Of a DNA stretch of 64,000 bases, positions 49,651 to 60,018 are shown piece after piece (within the stretch, counting starts at the first letter, position 1; each line of letters opens with the position of its first letter). This DNA comes from an uncultured bacterium (GTDB taxonomy: Bacteria > JAJVIF01 > JAPKYR01): NCBI GenBank assembly GCA_965369865.1, contig CBDURU010000002.1, positions 1-64,000 on the forward strand, read 5' to 3'. Position numbers and translations under genes: made by a program. The notes beneath the pieces are model-generated. The model did no database searches and had not been told where the DNA came from. It saw only the letters and a program-made list of their open reading frames with translations.

Positions 49651-50658
49651 ATGGCTGGAATGAGCGTACACATAAGGACAGACAAACTCACCAAGATCTA
49701 TCCGAAACCCGGAGGGGGCACACTTGCCGCTGTCGACGAGGTTTCTATGGAGATCAATTCCGGTGAGGTTTTCGCGTACGTCGGACCCAACGGCGCCGGC
49801 AAAACGACCACGATCAAGCTGCTGCTTGGACTCACAAAGCCGACATCGGGGACATTCGAAATTCTCGGTGGAGATATTTCAGAAAGGGAAATCCGGCAGA
49901 GGATCGGATTCCTGCCGGAAGACCATAACTATTTCGCATACCTGACAATCGAAACAGTCCTTGATTTTTATGCGCGCTTGTTTGGATTAATCGGGAGAGA
50001 CCGTAAAAAATCGATCGAAAAGGTCCTCGACCTTGCCGGGCTTGCTGACAGGCGGAAAACGAAAGTGAAGCATCTCTCGAAAGGTCTCCAGCAGCGTGTC
50101 GGACTCGCCCAGGCACTTATCAACGATCCCGATCTTCTGCTTCTCGATGAACCGGCCAGCGGACTCGATCCGCTCGGGCAGGCGGACCTCCGGAAATTAA
50201 TCCTGAGCCTTAAGGAAATGGGCAAGACTATTTTTCTGAACACTCACGACCTTTCCGATGTCGAAAAAATTGCTGACCGGGTTGGGATTCTCGACAATGG
50301 AGAGCTGGTCGCGGTTAACCGGGTCGCGGATATCTGCGGGGCGAAAGAAGGCGTTATTGTCAAGGTTGAGCCGATCCGGGACGAGGAGCATCTCGATCCG
50401 ATACGAGAGGTGGCATCGAAAATCGATACGCGTGATGGGTTTACATTTATTGAACTCGATGATGAAGGGAAGGTCGTGCAGCTCATCCCGTTATTGAAAA
50501 AAGCTCAATCGAAACTGATTTCAGTCGAGCAGCAAAGGGTACATCTTGAGGATTATTTCAAGGGAGCGGTGAAAAGCAGAGGTGATAGCTGGGTAGGCCC
50601 GCTGCCTGATTTAGATAACGATAGGTCCGGGGGGGGAGTAACCGGTCAGATGGAATAG
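49651..50658 (+). CDS. ABC transporter ATP-binding protein
   Basis: GPNGAGKTT, LSKGLQQRVGLA, LDEPASGLDP. Confidence 0.95.
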   Translation: MAGMSVHIRTDKLTKIYPKPGGGTLAAVDEVSMEINSGEVFAYVGPNGAGKTTTIKLLLGLTKPTSGTFEILGGDISEREIRQRIGFLPEDHNYFAYLTIETVLDFYARLFGLIGRDRKKSIEKVLDLAGLADRRKTKVKHLSKGLQQRVGLAQALINDPDLLLLDEPASGLDPLGQADLRKLILSLKEMGKTIFLNTHDLSDVEKIADRVGILDNGELVAVNRVADICGAKEGVIVKVEPIRDEEHLDPIREVASKIDTRDGFTFIELDDEGKVVQLIPLLKKAQSKLISVEQQRVHLEDYFKGAVKSRGDSWVGPLPDLDNDRSGGGVTGQME

Positions 50659-50661
50659 ACG

Positions 50662-51825
50662 ATGGAAAATTTCATAAGAGAAATTCAGGATTTCTGGCGT
50701 TCGAGTATGGCCCCGCACTGGCCCATAATAGTGCCTGCGCTTTTGGCTGTCATGGCAATTCTCTGGTTACTCATCATCTACAACCGCAAAAAATTCCGAT
50801 TCCTCCCTGCCCTTGCGATCGCACGTGTCACGGTTCTTGATTCCATCGGACGCATGGAGGTTATTATCCTGCTGGCGATCGGAATCATGCTGGTCGGAGT
50901 GAACGGGATTATCCCAAACACCCTTGAGGGAAATAATATCCTGAATACATGGATGGATCAGCCGTACTTCCAGGACAAACTTAATGAACTTTCAGGGGGA
51001 TCAAGTTTCACCATTGAAGAAGACTTCCGCCCGTTAAACACACCTGAAGATGATGTTCCGGAAACGGTGGATATCAGTACTGCAGGGGAAGAGCCGGTAA
51101 TAATCGTTGATGATCCCAGGAGAGACATCATGTCAAGGGCAGAGGAACTCAGGCGTGAAACCCAGCAGAACACGCTCCAGGCCCTGATATGGCAGGGAGC
51201 GTTTCTTGTCGCGGACGTCTTTGTGGCGCTTATCGGTTTTGTGCTCGCGATGATGGTGTTACCGGGAGAGATCAACCGGGGTGTGATTTTATCTATTCTC
51301 CCGAAACCACTCTCCCGCGAGGAATATATTTTTGGCAAGGCACTGGGAATATGGATCATAGTGTCCGGGTGCTACCTTATTCTCGCAATTGAACTGTTCG
51401 GCATACGTGCCATATTCGATTTCATAAACGGCACTAACTCGCTTGACTTCAGGATATTAATGGCGTTGTTCCTGTTCCCGATGAAATACGCCACACTGGT
51501 TTTAATTGTCATGGGACTTACATTACGAATGCCCGAGGTTCCAGCAGGGATCGTAGGCGCCGCGCTTTTCGCTACCGGGCACTTCGCCGACCGGATTTAC
51601 GATATCGCGACCACCCCTGACATCAATGCCCTAGTCGGATACGGGCTGAAATTTTCGTACTGGATTCTGCCGCACCTGTCACCGGCAACATTCAGCATCC
51701 TGGACCGCGATGCGTCGCTGATTAGTACACAGGCCGAATTATGGGGCTGGATCTGGCAGATAACGATCTACAACATTCTCCTGCTGAAACTCCTTTCATG
51801 GCTGTTTAAACGCCGCTCATTGTAG
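50662..51825 (+). CDS. ABC-2/NosY-like permease
   Basis: LPGEINRGVILSILPKPLSREEYIFGKALG; multiple TM helices. Confidence 0.85.
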   Translation: MENFIREIQDFWRSSMAPHWPIIVPALLAVMAILWLLIIYNRKKFRFLPALAIARVTVLDSIGRMEVIILLAIGIMLVGVNGIIPNTLEGNNILNTWMDQPYFQDKLNELSGGSSFTIEEDFRPLNTPEDDVPETVDISTAGEEPVIIVDDPRRDIMSRAEELRRETQQNTLQALIWQGAFLVADVFVALIGFVLAMMVLPGEINRGVILSILPKPLSREEYIFGKALGIWIIVSGCYLILAIELFGIRAIFDFINGTNSLDFRILMALFLFPMKYATLVLIVMGLTLRMPEVPAGIVGAALFATGHFADRIYDIATTPDINALVGYGLKFSYWILPHLSPATFSILDRDASLISTQAELWGWIWQITIYNILLLKLLSWLFKRRSL

Positions 51826-51887
51826 GAAATAAAATTTAAATTGAAATCCAACCGCTGGAAGGAGTCGGCATGTATTTATTTTAGTCC

Positions 51888-52061
51888 AGACGCTTTGAAT
51901 TCATGGGGACGCTTTTCCATGCTTCCAGCATTGAAAGTGTCCCCATGAATTCTTAGTAACACGGGACACCTTCAACTCTGGAAGAGTGGAAAGGCGTCCC
52001 TGAATCTAAGATTGGGGCGTCACTGAATATAAGATTGGGGCGTCACTGAATCTAAGATTGG
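51888..52061. repeat. BIME-like element copy 2, with its 23-bp tail triplicated
   Basis: Matches 14593-14720; GGCGTC(C/A)CTGAAT(C/A)TAAGATTGG at 51993, 52016 and 52039. Confidence 0.9.
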
Positions 52062-52063
52062 TC

Positions 52064-53020
52064 TTATTCCAGTCCGGCGGCGTTTGACATCTCCGGTTTA
52101 TAATATCCCTGGCGCCGTACTTTCGCGAACGCGTTAATTCCGAAATATGAAGTAATCAGGCACGACCAGTAGATGATTAATATCCCGATAGCGGCAGTTG
52201 AAATGTAGATGATAAATTCTTCCCTGAAATTAAGCCCATAACTCCTGAAAACTGACCAAGTCATATATTCATGATACATTGACATCGCTACACCGCTGAT
52301 TATCGCTAAAATAAGTGCGTGCAGGAGAGTGGCCATGATAGCTCCGAAGATATTGTGAGTAATCGCGTATGCCCCTGAAACAAGCGATATCACAAGCATC
52401 ATGAGGACCAGGGCAAGGATCATATAAATCAGAGTAATGATTGTGATGCCGATTATCGGAAGCATCTGCTCGATCTCAAATGTCGGTACCCATAACATGC
52501 CGACAAGCCAAAGAGAAAGGAACAGTGGTAATGCTAATCCGATGAACAGGTAAAGCAATGACTGGATCACCTCTAATCCCCGCACGAAATTTGGGAGTGT
52601 CTCCGCGAAAAATAGGCTACCGTCTGAAAGGGGGGTTGTAAGGATTGAGCTTAGATTATCCTTCCCGATATCCTGCTGGACTTCCCGCGGGGTGGTGACA
52701 AGGCAGAAAATGAACATCCGGAAAAACGTAATGCCGTACAAAATTACCAATGGCGATGCAATAAGTAAGCAGGCTGCGATTGATGCGAGTTCATCATGAT
52801 CGTAAGCGGTTACAATCAGCATAATTACAGAGATGATAGCCGACCAGATCAACCCGGCCCTGAACGCAAGTTTTGGATTTATTAAATTTTTTACCCGACT
52901 GTTACGGTAATTTCTCTGGAATACGGGATTGAACCATAAGCGCTTCAGGAACGGGATTCTGGCGATCCAGAACGGGATGTTTTTAACGGTAGAAAGGCCG
53001 AATTCATTGATCGGATCCAT
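52064..53020 (-). CDS. Multi-pass membrane protein, ABC-2-permease-like
   Basis: WFNPVFQRNY, ILTTPLSD..LFFAE; paralogue of 53111-54076. Confidence 0.7.
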   Translation of the reverse strand: MDPINEFGLSTVKNIPFWIARIPFLKRLWFNPVFQRNYRNSRVKNLINPKLAFRAGLIWSAIISVIMLIVTAYDHDELASIAACLLIASPLVILYGITFFRMFIFCLVTTPREVQQDIGKDNLSSILTTPLSDGSLFFAETLPNFVRGLEVIQSLLYLFIGLALPLFLSLWLVGMLWVPTFEIEQMLPIIGITIITLIYMILALVLMMLVISLVSGAYAITHNIFGAIMATLLHALILAIISGVAMSMYHEYMTWSVFRSYGLNFREEFIIYISTAAIGILIIYWSCLITSYFGINAFAKVRRQGYYKPEMSNAAGLE

Positions 53021-53110
53021 GTTATCAAGTCCGACAGCAATAAACGTAAGCTATCATAATTAGGATTCAACGTGTGATTTACGGGTTCATACAGCAATCA
53101 TCCAAATTTT

Positions 53111-54076
53111 TCAAACGCTTTTTCCAAACGATGACCTGGTTCTCTCTTCCCTCGACAACAATCCTGCCGCGTTGACTCGCTCGTGACCATACCAGCCCGG
53201 ACGCCTGGCTTTCGCGAATGCAATCACGCCAATGTAGCCTGTTACCGCGCACGCGACGGTAAGCGATGCTATTAAGAATGTCCCGATGCCGAGGTAGATC
53301 GCAAGGATATCCAGGTTCCTGACCGGATCGAATCGCATCGTGAATTCCGCAATCCACAACGCAATCAGTGAGAAAGCACTGAACCATAAACCGGTATTGA
53401 TCAGCGTCGCGGGCACTGTGGCAACTACAGGTAACTGTATCGCCATAAGTCCCGCAGAAAGAGAGGCAAGCAGGAGTACCTGGATCAGAATGATGATTGC
53501 AATCAACAGGAGCACAAACCACCAGAATGACGCGGGCCCTTCCGCTTTTACATACGGCCACAACTGAGTGCTCATAAGGGCGATAAATGGAATCACCAGC
53601 CCGATGAGCATTGAGATAACCTCTTCCATCGCGCCGAATCCCCGCATCAGCCCGGATATACATTCCGCGAAAAAGACTTTTTCATCGGACATCGGGGTGG
53701 TAAGTACCGCGCCAAGCATCCCGGAAAAAAGTTCCCTGCGCATTTCGAGGGGAGTACCGACAAGAGACGATATGAAGATCCTGATCGAAGTGACCGTGAT
53801 GATTACGATCCCCGGGGCAGCTACGGTAACCCAAAATCCAATTTCAAGAGCGAGTTCTTTTTCGGTGACGAGGAGTAAGAAAAGATTAATGATGAATGAG
53901 ACGCCAAGTCCGATCATGAAGGATTTTTTTGGCCCGAACATGGGCTTCAATCGCCACATGACATAGCGTCGCTGGAAGATCGGATTTCCCCAGAACTCCA
54001 GGAGCGGTCCGAACACCTCAACCCATGGAGGGGGTGGATCGGCCCAGGTGAGATCGAATTCATCGTCGTGGATCAT
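53111..54076 (-). CDS. Multi-pass membrane protein, ABC-2-permease-like
   Basis: WGNPIFQRRY, VLTTPMSD..VFFAE, AFAKARRPGWY..E..NAAGL shared with its neighbour. Confidence 0.7.
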   Translation of the reverse strand: MIHDDEFDLTWADPPPPWVEVFGPLLEFWGNPIFQRRYVMWRLKPMFGPKKSFMIGLGVSFIINLFLLLVTEKELALEIGFWVTVAAPGIVIITVTSIRIFISSLVGTPLEMRRELFSGMLGAVLTTPMSDEKVFFAECISGLMRGFGAMEEVISMLIGLVIPFIALMSTQLWPYVKAEGPASFWWFVLLLIAIIILIQVLLLASLSAGLMAIQLPVVATVPATLINTGLWFSAFSLIALWIAEFTMRFDPVRNLDILAIYLGIGTFLIASLTVACAVTGYIGVIAFAKARRPGWYGHERVNAAGLLSREERTRSSFGKSV

Positions 54077-54111
54077 AGCGGTTGTTTATTTTCCCTGCAC
54101 ATTATAAGGAA

Positions 54112-56844
54112 TCAGGGAACAGGATGCTGATATTCTTCCAACATCAATACTATTTCATCGTAACCCGATTCCACCGCAATCGTGTATGCCGTCTCCCCAT
54201 CATCATTTGCTGATTCAGGGTCGCAACCGGCATCAAGAAGCAATTCAACAACCCTTACCGGATTTCGATTATCGACTTCTTCCATGTCGCCTGAGTATTC
54301 TCTTGGGTAGTAAAATTCCGCAAGGAAATCTTCGTATCTCATGACTGCGCACATAAGGGCAGTATCCCCATAGTCACTTGTTTTCGATACATCAGCACCA
54401 CTCTCTATTAGTAACTTCACAATTTCCGGATTCCCAATCCCCGATGCAAACATCAGGGGAGTGTGGCTGTTGATATAATACGTTTCAAGGTTGGCTCCGG
54501 CAATAACGAGCGTCCTCACCAAATTTAAGTTATTTCCCCTGACAGCGAACATCAATGCGGACCAGTATCCACGGTTTCTATAACCGGGCTTATCGGGAAG
54601 AGAGTAGCCGGTTTCCCTTTCGAAGCTCGGGTCGGCGCCTGCTTCCAGCAGAATATTGACAATCTCCACATAACCGCCGTTCGCAGCACGCAAAACCGGT
54701 GTGTCGCCGTATTGTGAAATAATCATGTTTGGATCGGCACCATTCTCTAGTAGATCGGTTACTTTTCCACTATCACCCCTATGAATAGCACTGTTGAGAA
54801 GAATATAAGCCATTTCATCGTCAATCAGCATATCGTGGGATTGCAGGAGTTCAATGATTTCTGAATTACCTCTGCCTGCTGCGATCATATAGGTTGAACC
54901 GCCGACATTCGGATCGGCACCATGTTCGAGCAGTGACCTGACCAGTTCCACATTGGTGTTTTCAATTGCATACCAGAGTGCTGTCGGACCCTCCAGCATG
55001 GACGCTTCATCGTACATGGTGGCTTTTGTGTCGGTTTCACAGCCCGCTTCCTGCAGGAGTTCCGCAACTTCATTCTGCTGCCCGAAACCCTTGTCGCTGC
55101 ATTCAATCATCTGGGCCATCTGTCCGTAATTTCCGTGAGTGAAAATATCTCTGAATTCATGGAATCTGACCGCCGTTAAAATCAGGGCTGTGTAACCTGT
55201 CTCTCCCTGAAATGATATATCTGCACCTCCATTAATTAACACCCTGGCAGTATCAACCTTACCAAGTCCGGCAGCCATCATCAGAGCAGTAAGCCCGTTC
55301 GGATCCTGGAAATCCGGATCGGCTCCGGCGTTCAGGAGGTCGGTAACCAGTTTAGCGGTCCCGATTCTTGATGCGAGCATCAATGGTGTATCTGTTGAAG
55401 CGCCCCGGACATTCGGGTCAACTTCTGCATCCAGGAGCACTCTCACAATTTCTTCTTCCGGGGATAAATCGTCTGATTGACTGGGACTCGGGAGAAAACC
55501 ATGAATAATCGCTGCCAGGAGTGGAGTATACGGCCAGATTTCGGATTCCGAACCGGGATCTGCGCCAAGCTCCAAGAGCCTGTCCATCATCACAGGCTGG
55601 CGAGTGTTGATCGATACCATCAGGCACTGTTCAAGCCATGGGTCATCTGTGTTTATACCATACTCGATCAACAATTCCATCATAACAATATTGCCTGAAT
55701 AAACCGTTGAAACGACAGGATGATACAAATCACCGCCTTCATGAAACTCGAAATCTATCTCGCCGCCTGCTTCTAATAGTAATTCAAGAATTTCATGGTA
55801 ATGTCTACCGGTATGTGAATCGGAAATCCTTAAATCCTCCTGGGGAGAATTTCCGTACCGAATCGCTTCACAGATTCTGTTGTCATATTCGATGCATCGA
55901 CGGAACACAGAATTGCCGTTGTTAGGGTTTGCACCTCTTTCAAGCAGAAGCTCTACAATATCGACGCGCTGGTTATAAACAGCCCAATAGAGAAGCGATG
56001 ATTCTCCATCATAAAGGAAATCGATTTCCGAACCGGCTTCAAGGAGAATTTTTATGGCATCCAACTGTGCTTCAAAATCAGAGTCACCTTCATAAGCATT
56101 ACCCAACAGAATAGCCATCGAGTCGACATCTTCACGATTGGAGTAAAAAAATGGCCTGGATTCAGGCATATCCAGCCTTCCGGCTCCTGTGCATAAATAA
56201 TATAAAGACTGCCTACCTTTGAAATCCCTGTGTTCCGGATCGTCAATTGCGGACATTAACCGATCCACCACATCTGAATGGCCATTGAGAGCTGCAATCA
56301 TCATCGCCGATAGGTAGTAATCATTAAATCCGGACGGATCAGCACCAAACTCGAGGAGGTTATCAAGCATATGAAGATCACCGGTCTCGCTGGCAATCTG
56401 CACCGGGGTTACACTGTTAATTCCTTCTGTATCCGGGTCAGCGCCAGCGGTCAGCAGAACCAGTGCGATTTCATCGTACCCATGTGATACAGCTTCGGAA
56501 ATTGCGGGAAAATCATATCCATTGGGAATGAAATCGGGATTGGCTCTCTGATCCAGAAGCGATTGCACCCGATTCAGATCATTATCGATGACAGCGTCAA
56601 TCAATTGATTAGTTAGGGACCGGTCGAATGGGCCCGAATCTTCGATAAAAATACCGGTTGGTTCAACGCCTTGATTGCCCGGGCCACCGCTTAATTTATG
56701 GGGATAATCAGATTGCTGGTCTGCAGCGTGAATTTCATCTTCGTAACCTGTTGCACAGCCGATGCTATTTAACAAAGCGACAATTACCAGGAATAACAAT
56801 GTAATTAAGATGAAATTTCTCGCGCATTTCCACTTTATGCACAT
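54112..56844 (-). CDS. Ankyrin-repeat lipoprotein
   Basis: Lipobox SIGC; many TPLM.A...G...V..LL..GAD repeats. Confidence 0.92.
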   Translation of the reverse strand: MCIKWKCARNFILITLLFLVIVALLNSIGCATGYEDEIHAADQQSDYPHKLSGGPGNQGVEPTGIFIEDSGPFDRSLTNQLIDAVIDNDLNRVQSLLDQRANPDFIPNGYDFPAISEAVSHGYDEIALVLLTAGADPDTEGINSVTPVQIASETGDLHMLDNLLEFGADPSGFNDYYLSAMMIAALNGHSDVVDRLMSAIDDPEHRDFKGRQSLYYLCTGAGRLDMPESRPFFYSNREDVDSMAILLGNAYEGDSDFEAQLDAIKILLEAGSEIDFLYDGESSLLYWAVYNQRVDIVELLLERGANPNNGNSVFRRCIEYDNRICEAIRYGNSPQEDLRISDSHTGRHYHEILELLLEAGGEIDFEFHEGGDLYHPVVSTVYSGNIVMMELLIEYGINTDDPWLEQCLMVSINTRQPVMMDRLLELGADPGSESEIWPYTPLLAAIIHGFLPSPSQSDDLSPEEEIVRVLLDAEVDPNVRGASTDTPLMLASRIGTAKLVTDLLNAGADPDFQDPNGLTALMMAAGLGKVDTARVLINGGADISFQGETGYTALILTAVRFHEFRDIFTHGNYGQMAQMIECSDKGFGQQNEVAELLQEAGCETDTKATMYDEASMLEGPTALWYAIENTNVELVRSLLEHGADPNVGGSTYMIAAGRGNSEIIELLQSHDMLIDDEMAYILLNSAIHRGDSGKVTDLLENGADPNMIISQYGDTPVLRAANGGYVEIVNILLEAGADPSFERETGYSLPDKPGYRNRGYWSALMFAVRGNNLNLVRTLVIAGANLETYYINSHTPLMFASGIGNPEIVKLLIESGADVSKTSDYGDTALMCAVMRYEDFLAEFYYPREYSGDMEEVDNRNPVRVVELLLDAGCDPESANDDGETAYTIAVESGYDEIVLMLEEYQHPVP

Positions 56845-57048
56845 TGTCTACTCCCTGTTGAAATTGATTAGAATAATTATACACGAGATTTGAGTATGGA
56901 AAATTTAGTAAGAGTTCATATACCATCAAGTTTAAAATTCCAGGTCCTTTTTATACCTCTGAAAAGAGAGTATAATATGTAAGGTTACGAATGGGAACGT
57001 AACCGATTAGTAATTTGCATACCGTTTTTTCAGAAACGGAGTTCTGAA

Positions 57049-57384
57049 ATGGGATTACGTGGAATAGATGTTCAGGTAACAATCCAGCGGGCTGCCGATG
57101 CGGATAAAATGCAGCAGGCCGAAATCGCCAATGCCCGTGCAGGGGAGGCGAGTACAAGGGAGGAGGCTGAACTCGCGAGGGCACGCAGGCAGGAACAACC
57201 AAGGCAACCGGAGAAAACTGATACGGTAGTTATCCAGAAGCGTAAGGAGCACGAGAAGAACGAAGGGGAAGGTGAAGAGGAACAGGAGGCTGTCGAGGAG
57301 CTCGGCCTTGAGGAAGAGTCGGATCCGATCAAGGATTACTTGCGCAAACCACAGGTGAAGGGGAACCTTGATATTAAGGCGTAG
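57049..57384 (+). CDS. Small charged hypothetical protein
   Basis: IDVQV N-terminus and KGNLDIKA C-terminus, a pattern seen in small proteins near flagellar genes. Confidence 0.6.
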   Translation: MGLRGIDVQVTIQRAADADKMQQAEIANARAGEASTREEAELARARRQEQPRQPEKTDTVVIQKRKEHEKNEGEGEEEQEAVEELGLEEESDPIKDYLRKPQVKGNLDIKA

Positions 57385-57465
57385 GATTTACCAAGATGTA
57401 ACTGATGAGGGTGATTTTACAAGTGCCGGAATCGCATGCCGTGGATGTGCCGATTATAAATGCAT

Positions 57466-58548
57466 CTAGGATGCCGCGGCCATACGGGATCGCTGCCTGC
57501 GATATTTTTTCTTCGTTTTGTAGATAAAGGCAAGAACTTCCGCAATGGCAATATAGAATTCGTACGGGATCATGTCGCCAATTTCGACCATTTTGTAGAG
57601 GGAGCGCGCGAGAGGGGGATCGCGATGGATGTGAATGTCGAACTCTCTCGCGATGTCGATAATTCTCTGTGCGATCGCGCCTTTGCCTTTAGCCACCACC
57701 TGCGGAGCGGGCATGTCTGGTTCATATTTAAGCGCGACAGCAACGTGTATCGGATTGGTGACCACTACATCAGCCTTGGGGACTTCCCTTAGCATCGCCG
57801 TCATTGCGATCTGTCTCTGGCGTTGACGCATACGGCTTTTAACGAGCGGATCTCCCTCCATCTGCTTGTATTCTTCCTTCGCCTCGGTTTTTGTCAACAT
57901 CAAATCTTTCTCGAACTGGTAAATCTGGTAGATAAGGTCAAGAATTGCAAGGATCAGCATTACACCGATGATCCAGAGTCCGAGCCTTAACGCATGCTGT
58001 CCGAAAAAGGGGAGATAAGCGGTTGGTTCGAGAGTGTGAGCCTGGATAATTACAGGGAGGTTCGCACGGATGTATGCCGTGGTTACAAGCGCCACGAGTC
58101 CGATCTTGAATACTGCCTTCAGGAGTTCCACGAATCCGCGAGTGGAGAACATCCGCTTCAAGCCGTTCATTGGATTAATGTTGCTTAGTTTAGGCCTGAT
58201 AGGTTCAATGCTGATGTTCCCACGGGTCTGTAGGAGATTTACTAAAATCGCGATTAAGGATGTTGCCGCAAAAATGGGCCATAAGATCACCAGGATTTTT
58301 GTGATGACGTAACTTGTCAATAACCTCATGCCTTCCTGGCTGACCGAAGGCCATGAAAGGTTGCCGTATACATCCCTGAACAATCCCATTGTAATATTGC
58401 CCCACATGTTCATGACAAGGGCAAGCGTCAGAAAAGCGATAAGAAGGACAATGGTGCCCGAAAGTTCCCGGCTCTTGGCGACCTGCCCACGCTCTCGCGC
58501 GCGTTCACGGCTTCTGGGTGTTGCCTGTTCTGTTTTTTCCTCGTCCAT
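57466..58548 (-). CDS. flhB: Flagellar export gate/switch protein FlhB
   Basis: EKTEQATP, GQVAKSRE, KEEYKQMEGDP.VKSRMRQ, ADVVVTNPIHVAVAL, LARSLY. Confidence 0.93.
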   Translation of the reverse strand: MDEEKTEQATPRSRERARERGQVAKSRELSGTIVLLIAFLTLALVMNMWGNITMGLFRDVYGNLSWPSVSQEGMRLLTSYVITKILVILWPIFAATSLIAILVNLLQTRGNISIEPIRPKLSNINPMNGLKRMFSTRGFVELLKAVFKIGLVALVTTAYIRANLPVIIQAHTLEPTAYLPFFGQHALRLGLWIIGVMLILAILDLIYQIYQFEKDLMLTKTEAKEEYKQMEGDPLVKSRMRQRQRQIAMTAMLREVPKADVVVTNPIHVAVALKYEPDMPAPQVVAKGKGAIAQRIIDIAREFDIHIHRDPPLARSLYKMVEIGDMIPYEFYIAIAEVLAFIYKTKKKYRRQRSRMAAAS

Positions 58549-58629
58549 TTAAATTGGGCGGACAGCAAAATTTACCGTTCCCTGGGAAACGGTATAATTA
58601 GTATCCGATTAATATTAATTGGATTACCT

Positions 58630-59040
58630 TCAGACGTCCTGCCAGTCGTCCTCTAATTCATTTAGATCCTGCCGGATATCGATGAATTTATCGAACCTGC
58701 AGATTCGGAGAATGTCCAATATCTCTCCACGAGGTGCAAGGATGGAAAAGGAAATGCCATCATTTTCATCAACGTATTTGTAGATTCGGACAAGGTTCTG
58801 GAGGCCGACCGTGTCGGCATATTCAAGCTTGCGGAAATCGAGTACGAGATTTTTAATTCCCGATTCGTAAAGCCTGATAGCCTCTTCAAATAATGATTCT
58901 GCCAGAGTTTGTCTTAGTTCGCCAATCAGGGAGAGCATGCATTTCTCACTGGCGAAAGCCCTCTTGAACATCAAGTTTTGACTATCGCTCTTTACCTGAG
59001 CGACGCTGCCCTTGATATAATTCTTAAAGTGGTCACCCAT
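58630..59040 (-). CDS. STAS domain (anti-sigma-factor antagonist-like) protein
   Basis: LVLDFRKLEYADTVGL..L, ILRICRFDKFI. Confidence 0.85.
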   Translation of the reverse strand: MGDHFKNYIKGSVAQVKSDSQNLMFKRAFASEKCMLSLIGELRQTLAESLFEEAIRLYESGIKNLVLDFRKLEYADTVGLQNLVRIYKYVDENDGISFSILAPRGEILDILRICRFDKFIDIRQDLNELEDDWQDV

Positions 59041-59348
59041 TTGCCTTATCCTTCCATCTTTTACCGCGAAATTTCCTGTTGGGAGAGGGAAGAACGGAAA
59101 TTAACGCAGCATTTACGCTCACAATATTATCATTATGATTGGATGGATTGTTCTTTAAGTAAGTATATACAAAATAATTTTTTGCATGCAAAATTCAGCT
59201 GAAGATTTAGTTCATATCCAGAGTTTCCAGGGTCGCTTTAAGCCATACAGGCCGATCTAAGCCTTTATTTGTACTTTTAGATGTCACCGGTCGACCGGAT
59301 ATGGGTTATAATATTAATGTGAATTTAAATCTTAACAGGAGGGTTACC

Positions 59349-59936
59349 TTGAGCACGTGCGATTATGGTTCAAAAATCCTTCTTGCATTGATTGCATTTC
59401 TTGCACTATCAATATCACTTTACGCGGGTGGGAACAGTCCTGATAATTCCGGTACTCGGTTCATCATGGTCATGGATGTCCCCAGCCAGGATACTGTAGA
59501 GTTCGACGGCATGGTCCTCAGGGACAACTGCAAGCTTGAAGGACTTGTGGGCAGGATCGAAAGCGTTATTCTTTTAACCGGCGGCGACCTGTTCGTACTC
59601 ACGCCTGCGATTAAAACCGCCCGGGAGATCGATAATCCCGGTATCCCCGGAAACGACTCAACAACATGGTCTGAATGGCTGATAGAGCCGGGCAGGATAA
59701 ATCCACTGAAATTTGGTGAATCCCTTGGTGTTTCAGACGAAGGCAATGAATCTTTACAGGTCGGGTCGAGTGGACAGATTGATCTTAATTTCGAAAATGG
59801 AATCCTGATATCCGTAAGGTTCCAAAATCCGGACGGTGAAGGTGAGGTTATATACACCTACCGGGATTTTGAATCCGACAGCGATATCAAACACAGAGAT
59901 TTCGAAATCCCTGATGATTACCTGATGACTGAATGA
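59349..59936 (+). CDS. Secreted hypothetical protein
   Basis: TTG 59349 downstream of AGGAGG; signal peptide; ends in a LolA-like DFEIP motif. Confidence 0.6.
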   Translation: MSTCDYGSKILLALIAFLALSISLYAGGNSPDNSGTRFIMVMDVPSQDTVEFDGMVLRDNCKLEGLVGRIESVILLTGGDLFVLTPAIKTAREIDNPGIPGNDSTTWSEWLIEPGRINPLKFGESLGVSDEGNESLQVGSSGQIDLNFENGILISVRFQNPDGEGEVIYTYRDFESDSDIKHRDFEIPDDYLMTE

Positions 59937-59947
59937 AGTAAAAACAA

Positions 59948-59976
59948 GGATCCCGGGTAAGCTACCCGGGACCTTT
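59948..59976. terminator. Hairpin terminator between convergent genes
   Basis: TCCCGGGTA-agc-TACCCGGGA. Confidence 0.7.
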
Positions 59977-60018
59977 CGACATAACGCCGATTTGATTTGA
60001 TGCTAAGCCAGCAGTTCA

